DNA of 63,994 nt, counting the filler, from Octopus bimaculoides (Eukaryota), in the NCBI RefSeq assembly GCF_001194135.2. It is 6 parts of 5 records of this genome, joined end to end, with 100 filler letters (N's around TTAATTAATTAA, not from the genome) between each part and the next. Parts side by side here need not be neighbours in the genome. Positions count along the whole stretch, not along the records: positions 32,862 to 40,676 come from NC_069007.1; positions 40,777 to 57,225 come from NC_068985.1; 4 more parts are not named here. One strand, written 5' to 3'. Below, in pieces: positions 40,087 through 52,779 of this stretch; within the stretch, counting starts at the first letter, position 1; every line of letters begins with the position of its first letter. The position numbers were made by a program, and so were the translations under genes. Under the pieces are notes generated by a model. The model saw nothing but the letters and a program-made list of their open reading frames with translations, made no database searches and had not been told where the DNA came from.

Positions 40087-40525
40087 ACTTACCTGCCCCA
40101 GCAATCACTTCAAATTACTTTTTCACAAGCATCTGCGTATATGCATGTGCACCTATATAAATGCAAACATTATCATTGTATACACCTTTCTTGTCAATTT
40201 GTTTTGGTTACTTTCATGGTGGTGGTGGTGGTGGAAGTGGTTTCCGTGTTGGTAGCGGTGAGCTTATGACAACTCCCCCCACCCACCTGCCGCCACCACC
40301 ATTACAGCGACCCTAACAAATGGATGATTATAAAATTCTAGGACGACGACAAGACAATGAAAAGAATAATCTAATGACATAATTAAAAGTAATGTAATTT
40401 GATATGACATTAATTTGTTACAGACACCAATACAATCCTACAGGATATAACTATATTATATTGACACACACAAACATACAGGCATACAGCTACATACATA
40501 CATACATATACATTCATTTATATAT

Positions 40526-40556
<31 letters not shown>

Positions 40557-40563
40557 AACATAA

Positions 40564-40676
40564 TTAAGGGATCAGCAAACATTTGCTTCACCACATACCG
40601 AAGTTCAGAAATAGCAGCTAAAAAAGCTGAGACTCCAACAGATAGCATTACTTGTAACTCTGAACTTCGGTATGTG
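40564..40676. mobile_element. Fold-back element starting TTAA|GGG, candidate Kolobok-like MITE; right end in gap
   Basis: Perfect 18-bp inverted repeat cacataccgaagttcaga (40592-40609) / tctgaacttcggtatgtg (40659-40676). The left end is also present at 30910-30962. Confidence 0.45.
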
Positions 40677-41470
40677 NNNNNNNNNNNNNNNNNNNNNNNN
40701 NNNNNNNNNNNNNNNNNNNNTTAATTAATTAANNNNNNNNNNNNNNNNNNNNNNNNNNNNNNNNNNNNNNNNNNNNATATATATATATATAAAATTTATC
40801 GAGAGTGTGAGCATCGCAACTATGAAATATTCCCAACTCATCATCTTGATGTAGACCAATATCGTGAGATGAGAAGTTGGCTCTCAGTGTCGTTGATATA
40901 AAGAAACCCACAAGATCGCAGATGTTCGCAGTCATACGATCTCATCAATACATATAACAATTCATCTGTCTCGGATTTTTTAACCCATGCTGAGTGCTTA
41001 CTAAATATGCATGTTTTTCTTACATGCATGATAAAGTCCTATGTGGTCTATATTAACATATGCTTTGCGAGTTCAATCGCTTTACCAAGCAGCAATTTCG
41101 ATATTGATGGATAAAAATCTATAAAATCAATCTGTGTAAATCTGCCCCTGTGCTTATTACTTAACTTCTTAAACCAACCTTTTATTCCATTGCTGGAACA
41201 CAGTAGTCTCTCTAATTCTAATATTAATATTCTTTAGTATTTTTTGGCTACTAAACCGATTTCAGTCCTCGCTTGGTTTAACAGTCTATATAAGTGGGCT
41301 TATTACTGAAATTAGATTTTTAGTCATTTAGAGTAATGAAATTTCTTTTTTTTTGCTAGACTAGCGGGGAGCGGGGGTTGACAGGACTGCTTGTGCATGT
41401 AGGAGAATTTCTTTTTTGTTTTATAATACGGTTTATAGAAGAGCGGGAGTTTAGATCTAAGGAAAACATA

Positions 41471-41682
41471 ATAGGCATAGGAGTGACAACGTGGTAAGTA
41501 GCTTGCTTACCAGCCACATGGTTCCGGGTTCAGTCCCACTGCGTGGCACCTTGGGCAAGTGATTTCTACTATAGCCTCGGGCCGACCCAAGCCTTGTGAG
41601 TGGATTTGGTAGACGGAAATTGAAAGAAGCCCGTCGTATATATGTATACACACACACACACACACACACACANNNNNNNNNN

Positions 41683-41730
<48 letters not shown>

Positions 41731-41980
41731 TTATATATATATATATATATATACGTGTATGTGTGTGTATATGTTTGTGTGTCTGTGTTTGTTTCTCCAA
41801 CATCGCTTGACAACAGATGCTGGTGTTTAGGTCCCCGTAAGCTAGCGGTTCGCCAAAAAAGACCGATAGAATAAGTACTAGGCTTACAAAGAATAAGTCC
41901 TGGGGTCGATTTGCTCGACTAAAGGCGGTGCTCCAGCATAGCCACAGTCAAATGACTGAAACAAGTAAAAGGGTAAAAGG
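41471..41980 (+). mobile_element. Full-length SINE family A
   Basis: Head, B box, body, (CA)n/(TA)n cassette and tail all present. Confidence 0.92.
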
Positions 41981-43029
41981 CTAATCATTCTAATCTATCA
42001 TCTATCTACGTTTAGAGATGAATTTAGCCTCATCATTAATATCATTGTTTCCATCTATGTTAGCTTTCTTATATTTAGTAGAAATGGTATCATTCAGCAA
42101 CTTATATAGATCATTAGTGACTTTATACAGGTTGTTGGTCTTATCAGGTGCCTAGAGTAGAAAAGATCTTTTTTAGAGCTTCTAACGTTTCTAATATCTG
42201 AAAGATGCGAATCTTGTTACCATTTCGATATTTGTTCCAAGTCTTTACGCTCTGAGTTCAAATCACACTGAGGTCAATTTTACATTTCATCCCTCTGGTG
42301 TCGATAAAATAAAGTGGTGATTTTATCGACTACCTCTTCCAACCAAATTTGCAGCTTTCAATCTGTCTTAGAAGAAGTTGTTTTTGCTGTTGTTTAGAAT
42401 GTGACTTTTCACGGATTAATTGATGAAAAACGATCTTCATTCGGTTTTTGTTTACTTCTCATTCTAGCCTTCTGAGGAGAGCCTTTGAATTATTTAATCT
42501 CTCCATTTTTCTGGGATGGGGAAAAAAAGAAAGGTTTCTCGTAAAATTTTTGTTTTTAATGCGCTTATTTCTACATGATACTTATTTGTAATTTGTAACG
42601 TATGTGTCAAAATATTGGTAGCAACGGAAACCCCCCTCCCCAGAAATTTAAACGCTACCACCCAAGAATTTTTAAACACGAAAGCAGATTAAAAGCAGCA
42701 ACAATAGATAACATGACAATTGCACCACAGGCAGACTTACAATTACAAACATTTAAAGTTTANNNNNNNNNNNNNNNNNNNNNNNNNNNNNNNNNNNNNN
42801 NNNNNNNNNNNNNNNNNNNNNNNNNNNNNNNNNNNNNNNNNNNNNNNNNNNNNNNNNNNNNNNNNNNNNNNNNNNNNNNNNNNNNNNNNNNNNNNNNNNN
42901 NNNNNNNNNNNNNNNNNNNNNNNNNNNNNNNNNNNNNNNNNNNNNNNNNNNNNNNNNNNNNNNNNNNNNNNNNNNNNNNNNNNNNNNNNNNNNNNNNNNN
43001 NNNNNNNNNNNNNNNNNNNNNNNNNNNNN

Positions 43030-43037
43030 GGGGACAA

Positions 43038-43080
<43 letters not shown>

Positions 43081-43254
43081 CATACATATGACGGGCTTCT
43101 TTCAGTTTCCGTCTACCAAATCCACTCACAAGGCTTTGGTCGTCCCGAGACTATAGTAGAAGACAATTGCCCAAGGTGCCACGCAGTGGGACTGAACCCG
43201 GAACCATGTGGTTAGTAAGCAAGCTACTTACCACACAGCCACTCCTACGCCTAT
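43030..43254 (-). mobile_element. SINE family A 5' half
   Basis: Near-consensus head ending cagccactcctacgcct. Confidence 0.88.
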
Positions 43255-43509
43255 GTATGTTGAGGTATGTTAAGAATAAATAACAGCGCCTTCTTGGTCA
43301 ATAAATTTATACAAAAAAAAGGAAGAAACTGTTATATATCTGGTAGGTACACCGGGAGCTGCATATATGATAGAGCGAGAGAGAGAGCATTGCCACTGAA
43401 GGGGAGGAATTGTTTCTGGGCATTTATTTTTGGCTTATGTTGGGAAATATTTATCAAAGTGGAAAAAGAGCATACATATTTTTGCATATAATTCTTTTAA
43501 TTATTATTA

Positions 43510-43650
43510 CAAATTCCGCTGAGGTCGACTTTGCCTGTCATTCTTTAGGAGTCGATAAATTAAGTACCAGGTGGGTACTGAGGTTGATCTAATCGACTGC
43601 CCCCACCCCCACCCCCAAAAATGTCGGGCCTTGTGCCTAGAGTAGAAAAA
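43510..43650 (+). mobile_element. SINE family C (5' truncated)
   Basis: caaattccgctgaggtcgactttgcc..gataaattaagtacc..ggccttgtgcctagagtagaaaa. Confidence 0.85.
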
Positions 43651-44805
43651 ATTATTATCACAGTTGTCGAGTATGAAGTGCCCTGGTTTGGGCACTTCAG
43701 CAGGACACAACTTGAGATTTTTAAATTAGTCTAACTCGCAAGTTTTCATATGATCTCTAAAGCCGAGTTGGAGAGAACGCTGGTCACATTCTGTAACCGT
43801 TTTATAACTGTTTTGTATTAAGTATAAACGTCTTTGCAGTCAAAAAATAAGTTACAATACTTAGTGCTATTTATTGCCTTGCCGAATACTGGATCTTTGA
43901 ACAGACTAATACTGATATTCTTGACAAACGTATCTTGTTAGCCTCCCCGACTCCGACCACTTTAACTGCAAGAAAAAGGAAAAGAAAAGGAGGAGGAGGA
44001 GGACTGAAGAAGACAGATAAAGAGGTGTCACTTTGTCAACTAATCGTATATAACTACGTAGTGTATTTTATATTTACATATCAACTAATCTTAGATATCG
44101 CTGTCTATAATATATGGCAAAGTAAACTAAAATTCCAGCAAATATTTCTTTATCTATTTAATATATTTACTTAACAACAAACACAAAAGAGTACAAGTCA
44201 CAACTAGTTTTCCAAAACACCGAAATGATAGCCTGTAGGTCGGAGATTCCCGAATTCTGTGATCAATCATATCAAAGAGACGTCATTGACCTAAATGATG
44301 TAGTTGTTATTTAGCATCAGGTTAGCTCTGAAGGTGATCTGTGTTGAAAAGCATTCCAACCGTAACCATCTCGTCTTTCCAGGCATTAAGTATCTCCGAA
44401 TACATTAACCATTATCGAATATCTATTTTCTTTTTTAATGACGGTAGGTGCACAATGATTTAAGGTAGATTTGACAAGTCGAACGACCACGCACAGATCC
44501 CTCGCTAACTCGCATTCATGTACTATACTGACGTCACAAAGAGGTATCTAGGTGTGCCACGAATTTTTGAAAATATATTTTAATACTTTAGATTAGCGTT
44601 TTTGAATAATTTTAAACTATCGTTTACTTTTTTTTTATTAGTGTTCTTTTCAACTCTCCCTTGCTAGGATTCAATAAATTTTAATACACCACACACACAC
44701 ACAAATGCTTCCGACATATTAATTAACACCAAAAGACAAATAGCACATTTCATTTCATCAATTTAATCAGGAATGCAAAATAACATTTACACCAGTAACA
44801 CTGAC

Positions 44806-45480
44806 GGATCTTGTTCAAAACGGGGGCACCAGTTTTCGTTTATGTTTTATGTAGTGTTTTTGGTACCGAAAGACTTTCAAACTTCGTATATTTATCTATT
44901 TTGTGTTATAGAACAGAAAAAAATTTTTGTATTCGAATTTATTTCATGTAAAAAAATTGTCTTATTTCGATAATTTCAACCAATCACTGACAAGTATTCA
45001 GCTGTTTATACTTACTCCTTTGGCAGTTTAAGCGGTGTAAAGCGTATTTAATCTCCATTACTTCTGACATTTTGCAGAGAGGCAACACACGTGTGTTCGT
45101 TTTCCCTAACCCTAACCCTAATTGACTTGCTCCTTCCCTCAAAAACCAGGCCTTGTGCCTATAATAGAAAGGTTTATTAGCTACTGCCAATATGCTTCAG
45201 CCATTTTTTGACAAGGAAATAATAATTTTATCACCGCCAGAATCGTTTGAGAATCGTTTGTTTACGTAGTCAGCACTTACTGTATTCGGCTGAATGGACG
45301 TCAGTATTGGTTGAAATTACAAAAATACGACAACTTTAACATGAAATAACTTGCGATGTACGTTTTTTTGTTAAGAAGACTAAGAGAAAAAAATGTTTTA
45401 TATGACACATTCTATCAGTGTCCCAAGTTTCAAAGTGTTTCGTTAAGAAAATACTGGTGCCCCCGTTTTGAACAAGATCC
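44806..45480. mobile_element. Non-autonomous DNA transposon (675 bp) with perfect 28-bp TIRs and 8-bp TSD; Merlin-like
   Basis: TIR ggatcttgttcaaaacgggggcaccagt at 44806-44833 with its exact reverse complement at 45453-45480; TSD acactgac at 44798-44805 and 45481-45488. GG termini plus an 8-bp TSD fit Merlin. Confidence 0.9.
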
Positions 45481-45524
45481 ACACTGACTTCTAATTGGAG
45501 CGCAATCCATCAGGTTTGAGAGGG

Positions 45525-45694
45525 TCGTGTTAGTCCTATTTCATTGACCCCAGTACTTGACGGCTTCAGTAGTTCGTCGATCCCATAAGGACAAAGCATT
45601 CACTTTTGGCGGGAATTGAACTCATAACGTAAAGAATCAGAAGATATGCCGTACAGTAACATGCCCGACGCTCTAACGATTCTTTCAGCTCGCA
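45525..45694 (-). mobile_element. SINE family B/C, diverged
   Basis: ttgaactc (reverse B box), aacgattctttcagctcgc (reverse head), gaccccagtact. Confidence 0.65.
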
Positions 45695-46237
45695 CACAGA
45701 ATATAAATTGGAAATATGTTTGAAGGGCAATAAAAGGATATATCTATTACTCTACTACTGTCCACTGGGTCTCTTGTATCCATAAAAAACATTAAAAAAT
45801 TTTAATGGATCTCAGGGAGCGGCTTCACTCACCCCTAGAAACACTGAGTCACACTCATCTGGAAGCATCTTGCAAATGTGTTTATTTCCAATTTTGTTCT
45901 ACATAATTATCGAAAGGGATAAACGAAATGTTTGCTATGTTTTATCAATTTTTTTTAAACTTTAAAACATGATTTTTCGAACATTTTCATACGATATGCG
46001 CCTGTAATATTTTATTTGATCTTAACTGCATCACAAAATAAAAAAGATCACGAGTTATTAGACAATATATTATAAAGAGCCAGCCACCGGTCGGAAATAT
46101 GTATGGCTTGGTAAAATGTACTATGTTTTCGCTATAAACGACTTCCTCACCTACTCCTAAAATTGCTTCACTCATGCCTAAATGAGAAACATCCACAAAT
46201 CAGCAATTCGTGGATAATGTCCGAGTATATGCTAGAT

Positions 46238-46310
46238 CAGTGGTTCCCAATCTGTGGTCCGCTCACCTTTAGAGGTCCGCAAAAAGTAGTACAGGGAGGT
46301 CCGTGAACTA
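46238..46310 (+). mobile_element. hAT (Buster/Charlie-like) terminus
   Basis: cagtggttcccaatctgtggtccgc preceded by tgcTAgat (NNNTANNN target). Confidence 0.5.
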
Positions 46311-46319
46311 AATTCAAAT

Positions 46320-46650
46320 TTCATTTGACTGTAGCCATGCTGGAGCACCACCTTTAGTCGAGCAAATCGACCCCAGGACTTATTCTTTGTAAGCCTAGTA
46401 CTTATTCTATCGCACTATTTTGCCGAACCGCTAGGTTACGGGGACGTAAACACACCAGCATCGGTTGTCAAGCGATGTTGGGGTGGACAAACACAGATAC
46501 ACAAACATATTCACACAACTACATAAATATATATATATATATATATATATACATACATATATACGATACTTGCCCGCCACGCTGTGGGACTGAACCTGGA
46601 ACCATGTGGTTGGTAAGCAAGCTACTTACCACACAGCCACTCCTACGCCT
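46320..46650 (-). mobile_element. SINE family A with internal deletion
   Basis: Tail, microsatellite cassette and head are present, but most of the body is missing. Confidence 0.85.
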
Positions 46651-46926
46651 CGTATATCATTTCCAAATATGTCTTTATTTACCATGATGTATCGAGAAAA
46701 TATTGGGACGTTACACGACAATACTGACAAAGATAACATAACAGCTTGTGTAAACGTGAAATAACAGAAACAAAGAAACAAAAAATTCAAACAAGAGATG
46801 ATTCCTCAGAAATGGGGACACCTTCGACGATTACTCGTGGAAAACCAACAAAAACACGGTCACCCTGAATGCTAAGGTAAGTAGTTACCCTCTCCCAGTT
46901 GTTCTCGCCCAAAATAATAATGATAA

Positions 46927-47322
46927 TGGTTTCAAATTTTGCCTCAAGGACAGCCATTTTAGGGGAGGGGATGTGACGATTAATTCGACCCAGTGTTCCA
47001 CTGCTACTTAATTTATCGACCCCGAAATATTTGAACTCAGAACGCAAAGACAGACAAAAAAAGAACAAATGCTAAGCATTTCGCCCGCTGTGCTTAACGA
47101 TTCTGACAGCTCGCCGTCTTAACCTTGGTGGAAATAATAATAAATGATTACAAATTTTGGCACAAGGCCAGCTTCAAGGAAAGCAGTAAGGCTATTATTA
47201 CATCGACCCCAGCTCTCATTTGGTACTTATTTTATCAACCCCGAGAGGATGAGAGGCAAAATTGACTCCGGTGGCATTCGGAGTCAAAGCATAAAAACGA
47301 ACGAAATACCGCCAAGCATTTT
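46927..47322 (-). mobile_element. Two tandem SINE family C copies (about 46927-47120 and 47150-47322)
   Basis: Each has a caaatttt(g)gc tail, gaccc(c)ag body and aaatgctaagcattt / aaataccgccaagcattt head remnant. Confidence 0.7.
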
Positions 47323-48894
47323 ATGTATGTGTGTTTATATGTATGTATGCCTGTATGTATGTGTGTGTATACTTATGTATATACATGCGTGTGTTTATAT
47401 ATGTATGTATATACATGTGTGTTTTTATATATATGTATATCTGTATATATATGTATGTATATCTATATATGGTGTATATATATATTTATGCATATATGTA
47501 TATATATACATGCATACATGTACACATTTACGCACACACTCATACACCCATATATATATAATATTTGGCATTTCTTTTAAATACTTTTGATTGTTATTGT
47601 TTATTTTTGCATTTATATTTTTCTTTTACTCTTCATTTATGTTTTTTATTTTTAGGTCACTAGTAAGCCCACTTTTGAGCTCTGCTCGAACGATAGTGTC
47701 TTATAATTTGACATTTTGCCGGGAGATCAGCAGTTAGCATAATGCACCGAGTCACATGAAACCCACACCCCGTTATTATGAAGAGCAAAGAATAAGAAGA
47801 GGTGAACCGTCTGTGGCTGTAGCAAGGATTCACCAAAATTACAACCAGAGCGAATGTAAGTTGAGTGGGTGGTAGGGGCTTGAAGCGGTGGTGGTTGGGG
47901 GGGGGGCGTAATTTCATTGTTGGAAAAGTGCGTATTTGCNNNNNNNNNNNNNNNNNNNNNNNNNNNNNNNNNNNNNNNNNNNNNNNNNNNNNNNNNNNNN
48001 NNNNNNNNNNNNNNNNNNNNNNNNNNNNNNNNNNNNNNNNNNNNNNNNNNNNNNNNNNNNNNNNNNNNNNNNNNNNNNNNNNNNNNNNNNNNNNNNNNNN
48101 NNNNNNNNNNNNNNNNNNNNNNNNNNNNNNNNNNNNNNNNNNNNNNNNNNNNNNNNNNNNNNNNNNNNNNNNNNNNNNNNNNNNNNNNNNNNNNNNNNNN
48201 NNNNNNNNNNNNNNNNNNNNNNNNNNNNNNNNNNNNNNNNNNNNNNNNNNNNNNNNNNNNNNNNNNNNNNNNNNNNNNNNNNNNNNNNNNNNNNNNNNNN
48301 NNNNNNNNNNNNNNNNNNNNNNNNNNNNNNNNNNNNNNNNNNNNNNNNNNNNNNNNNNNNNNNNNNNNNNNNNNNNNNNNNNNNNNNNNNNNNNNNNNNN
48401 NNNNNNNNNNNNNNNNNNNNNNNNNNNNNNNNNNNNNNNNNNNNNNNNNNNNNNNNNNNNNNNNNNNNNNNNNNNNNNNNNNNNNNNNNNNNNNNNNNNN
48501 NNNNNNNNNNNNNNNNNNNNNNNNNNNNNNNNNNNNNNNNNNNNNNNNNNNNNNNNNNNNNNNNNNNNNNNNNNNNNNNNNNNNNNNNNNNNNNNNNNNN
48601 NNNNNNNNNNNNNNNNNNNNNNNNNNNNNNNNNNNNNNNNNNNNNNNNNNNNNNNNNNNNNNNNNNNNNNNNNNNNNNNNNNNNNNNNNNNNNNNNNNNN
48701 NNNNNNNNNNNNNNNNNNNNNNNNNNNNNNNNNNNNNNNNNNNNNNNNNNNNNNNNNNNNNNNNNNNNNNNNNNNNNNNNNNNNNNNNNNNNNNNNNNNN
48801 NNNNNNNNNNNNNNNNNNNNNNNNNNNNNNNNNNNNNNNNNNNNNNNNNNNNNNNNNNNNNNNNNNNNNNNNNNNNNNNNNNNNNNNNNNNNNN

Positions 48895-48928
<34 letters not shown>

Positions 48929-49837
48929 TATATATATGTATATGTCATATATACATGGATCAAAGAGATTGAAGTTGTGTATAGCTGAAGATCGTATATT
49001 CTTTTCAGATCCAAGGATTCTACCACGTTACTAAAATCCACATCCGAAACTTTTAGTAAAAGCAAAGACATAGACAGAATTTCTTTTGTCGAACAGGAGG
49101 ACACCACTCTTTCGGGACTGAGTTGCTATCTCACAAATGGTTGGCTTCCTCCCCGCTATATTATTTGACAGCACCTAGATTATTTATGATTTCTAGAAAA
49201 AAGAGGGTCTTGGTGGTTTTCTTACATTTCTTTCCTTCTTTCTCGTCCCACTTTTTGCATCAATCTCCTCATTTTCCTTCTTGCTTATTTTTCTCAGACG
49301 TTTTCCCATATTCCAGCGTCCTGGTTTTTAAATAGGATTAACAGGATAAACTGAGCCTGAAGGATTGCATGGTGACACATGGCATGCAATATAAATCTTC
49401 CAGTTTATTGTATGTCTACGGCATGAAACTATCAGTAACACCCATTTAAACATCCTAAGTGTATTAAATGAGAATTATCGCCCAATGGATAGAATACATT
49501 TTGGTTGATCCCACCTATAACAGAACAGTAATACACACAGACACACACACAGACACAGACACACACACACACACACACACAAATCGTTGCTATTATGTTA
49601 AACTGTCGTATGTCCAAATTTGGCCAAATGCGTTTTTTTCTTTTTCAATATTTCTTTTTGCTTGTAATAGCCGGTTCTTTTGGCCAAGCTATCGTATCTC
49701 CAGTTGCTTCTGATGTCAAGATATCAAAAATTGTCAAAGTGTAGTACAACGGTGTTGCTATGGAATGGTGAAAGTATTTTTTTCGTTTTCTGAAAAAGCA
49801 ACGTTTTGAGAGTTACGACACTTTTGCATAATATCAA

Positions 49838-49881
<44 letters not shown>

Positions 49882-50008
49882 NNNNNNNNNNNNNNNNNNN
49901 NNNNNNNNNNNNNNNNNNNNNNNNNNNNNNNNNNNNNNNNNNNNNNNNNNNNNNNNNNNNNNNNNNNNNNNNNNNNNNNNNNNNNNNNNNNNNNNNNNNN
50001 NNNNNNNN

Positions 50009-50067
<59 letters not shown>

Positions 50068-50161
50068 TATATATATGCATATGTATGTATATATACATAT
50101 ACACATATGTATACATATATTTATATATATGTATATATATGTACATACATACATACATACA

Positions 50162-50193
<32 letters not shown>

Positions 50194-50241
50194 AACATAC
50201 ACATACACACGCGCACGCATATATATATATATATATACATA

Positions 50242-50459
50242 CGGGAGGGTGCTGAAAAGTACCTGGCTTTAAGGGTATCACGAAAGGCCTGGTGGGATCC
50301 AACATTCCAAGTTATTTTGCAGGGCCTAGGAAAACTGAAGAACCGTTGCAATAAGCATGTGGATCTGAGAGTGGAATATGTTGAATAACAGTATAATTAA
50401 ATGATCCTCCTGTATTTTCTTTTATACACAGCCAGAAAGGAGGATTTCAGCATCCCTCA
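50242..50459 (+). mobile_element. Mariner-derived MITE, copy 4
   Basis: TA|cgggagggtgctgaaaagtacc...atttcagcatccctca|TA; retains [22 protein letters not shown]. Confidence 0.85.
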
Positions 50460-51798
50460 TATATATATATATATATATATATAACAAATGAAAGACAGAA
50501 GATGGAATATACGAGAATTTATTATTAGTCACGACGATTATTTCGACACATCTAGCATCGATTCCTCTTGTGGAACACTCAACAACTGGTTCGGAAGCAT
50601 TCAGTGGCGCAGATGTATCTCATCGGGTAATAAATAAATAAAAACAACTCGTTAAAATGATTGTTCCACAATGTAACTTACAGTTTTGTATAGAGAAAAA
50701 CAGCCAGACGGAGGTAAAATCTTCATATATATAGAAGACCAAAAATAAAATTGCATAAGACAAACAGAGAAACGAACACGTAATCCATCGAGAAAAGCAT
50801 GCATACATAAGCGCAAACATACATACAGACAGACATACAGATAGACAGGCAGGCAAACATAAACATCCATAAATATATACACACATACGTAAATACGTAG
50901 ATACGTACATAGATAAATGAAGGCATAAATAACATGGAATACCCTAGAAATTGTATTCTTACAAACAAAAAGAACAGGATTAACAGGAAAATTCTGTTAT
51001 ACGCACTCTTATCTATGTTTCATTTCTCTACGCACCCGTGTGTGCAAGCGCGCGCGCACGCGTGTGTGAATGTGTGTTAGTGTATGTGAGTGTGGGTAAA
51101 CACGTACATTCCATTGACCCCTTAGGTACGAGTGAATATAATAATGTAATTGATAAGCAACGCATCATGTAAATTTCTTCATAATTTTCTTATCAAGTAA
51201 TATATTTACAAGAAAATATGCGCCTGAAATCAAAAATATGTATGTATATATATATATATNNNNNNNNNNNNNNNNNNNNNNNNNNNNNNNNNNNNNNNNN
51301 NNNNNNNNNNNNNNNNNNNNNNNNNNNNNNNNNNNNNNNNNNNNNNNNNNNNNNNNNNNNNNNNNNNNNNNNNNNNNNNNNNNNNNNNNNNNNNNNNNNN
51401 NNNNNNNNNNNNNNNNNNNNNNNNNNNNNNNNNNNNNNNNNNNNNNNNNNNNNNNNNNNNNNNNNNNNNNNNNNNNNNNNNNNNNNNNNNNNNNNNNNNN
51501 NNNNNNNNNNNNNNNNNNNNNNNNNNNNNNNNNNNNNNNNNNNNNNNNNNNNNNNNNNNNNNNNNNNNNNNNNNNNNNNNNNNNNNNNNNNNNNNNNNNN
51601 NNNNNNNNNNNNNNNNNNNNNNNNNNNNNNNNNNNNNNNNNNNNNNNNNNNNNNNNNNNNNNNNNNNNNNNNNNNNNNNNNNNNNNNNNNNNNNNNNNNN
51701 NNNNNNNNNNNNNNNNNNNNNNNNNNNNNNNNNNNNNNNNNNNNNNNNNNNNNNNNNNNNNNNNNNNNNNNNNNNNNNNNNNNNNNNNNNNNNNNNNN

Positions 51799-51829
<31 letters not shown>

Positions 51830-52306
51830 CAGGAGACCGATTAAATAAATACCACATTTTAAAATTAGCACTGGGACGGATATTTTCGACGAAGCCATTC
51901 AAAATGGTGCATGGCCACCGTCTAGAGACTGATAGGAGCACCAGGAGAAAGCTAAATTTGACCTTGTCAAGATTCGTACTGAGTGTTTGATTATCATTGT
52001 GCAGGGCAACTTACTCGAACAACTTACTTTATTTGCCCATGAATATTGTGTGACTTTTCATAAATTTCACAACATGGCATGTTTACCATCATGAATATAT
52101 CAAGAAAGTCAATATTATTATATTTTATCTAAATCCGTTTCTAGATAAGTCCTCACTCTGTTTTACGTTGATACTCTATTCCATGACGTCATTCCTTTCA
52201 ATCATTTCATCAAATCATTCGTATGTTAACAGCACTTCGTTTCATTATTACAATGTACTGTAGCAATATATTAGATATATATATATAAGATTCGAAATTT
52301 CCCCAA

Positions 52307-52352
52307 GACACCTGCTGAAGGCTAGAGAGTATATCTGCCGAAAGGTTGTGTT
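52307..52352 (+). ncRNA. Mutated type I hammerhead ribozyme in a Penelope-like terminal fragment (about 52285-52425)
   Basis: gacac-CUGCUGA-A-GGC(u)AGA-gaguaua-UCUGCC-GAAA-G-G-U-U-guguu. Stems I and II are well formed, but core A6 is C and position 15.2 is G. Confidence 0.55.
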
Positions 52353-52537
52353 AACAACAAACAAGATGAGGACAAATATGTAAATAGTGTAAATAATTCC
52401 TCATCTCTTAAATATAGAACTGTATCTCATATCTGACTAGCTTGTTATTATATAACATTCTTCACGATTTTAGTATACATACCTCATTAGTATTTCCTCC
52501 TATGTTCTATATACTCCGGGAACGCATNNNNNNNNNN

Positions 52538-52573
<36 letters not shown>

Positions 52574-52574
52574 T

Positions 52575-52742
52575 CGATAGGCTTCTGACAGTTTTCGTCT
52601 ACCAACTCAACTCACTAGGCTTTGGTCGGTCCGAGGCTAAAATAGAAGACACTTGCCCAAGATACAGCTCAGTGGGACTGAACCCGGAACCATGTGGTTG
52701 AGAGGCAAATGCTTTACCTCACAGTTACGTCTGCGGCTATAT
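52575..52742 (-). mobile_element. SINE family A 5' half, diverged
   Basis: ctttggtcggtccgaggctaaaatagaagacacttgcccaag..gggactgaacccggaaccatgtgg. Confidence 0.82.
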
Positions 52743-52779
52743 AGAATGTTAATCTGAACTAATACAGCTTCTTTTGCTA

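Noticed and set aside
43880-43972. Strong minus-strand acceptor followed by KVVGVGEANK
   Set aside because: No DNY motif, no canonical donor, and an early stop.
45104-45121. (CCCTAA)3 as an interstitial telomere
   Set aside because: Only three units, and they lie inside a MITE.
46790-46882. Plus-strand AAG|GTAAGT donor at 46877
   Set aside because: All upstream frames are closed or short, and no acceptor was found.
50480-50630. Possible hammerhead in a Penelope-like tail (minus strand)
   Set aside because: The CUGA core is missing; only cgaaa and a GUC remain.
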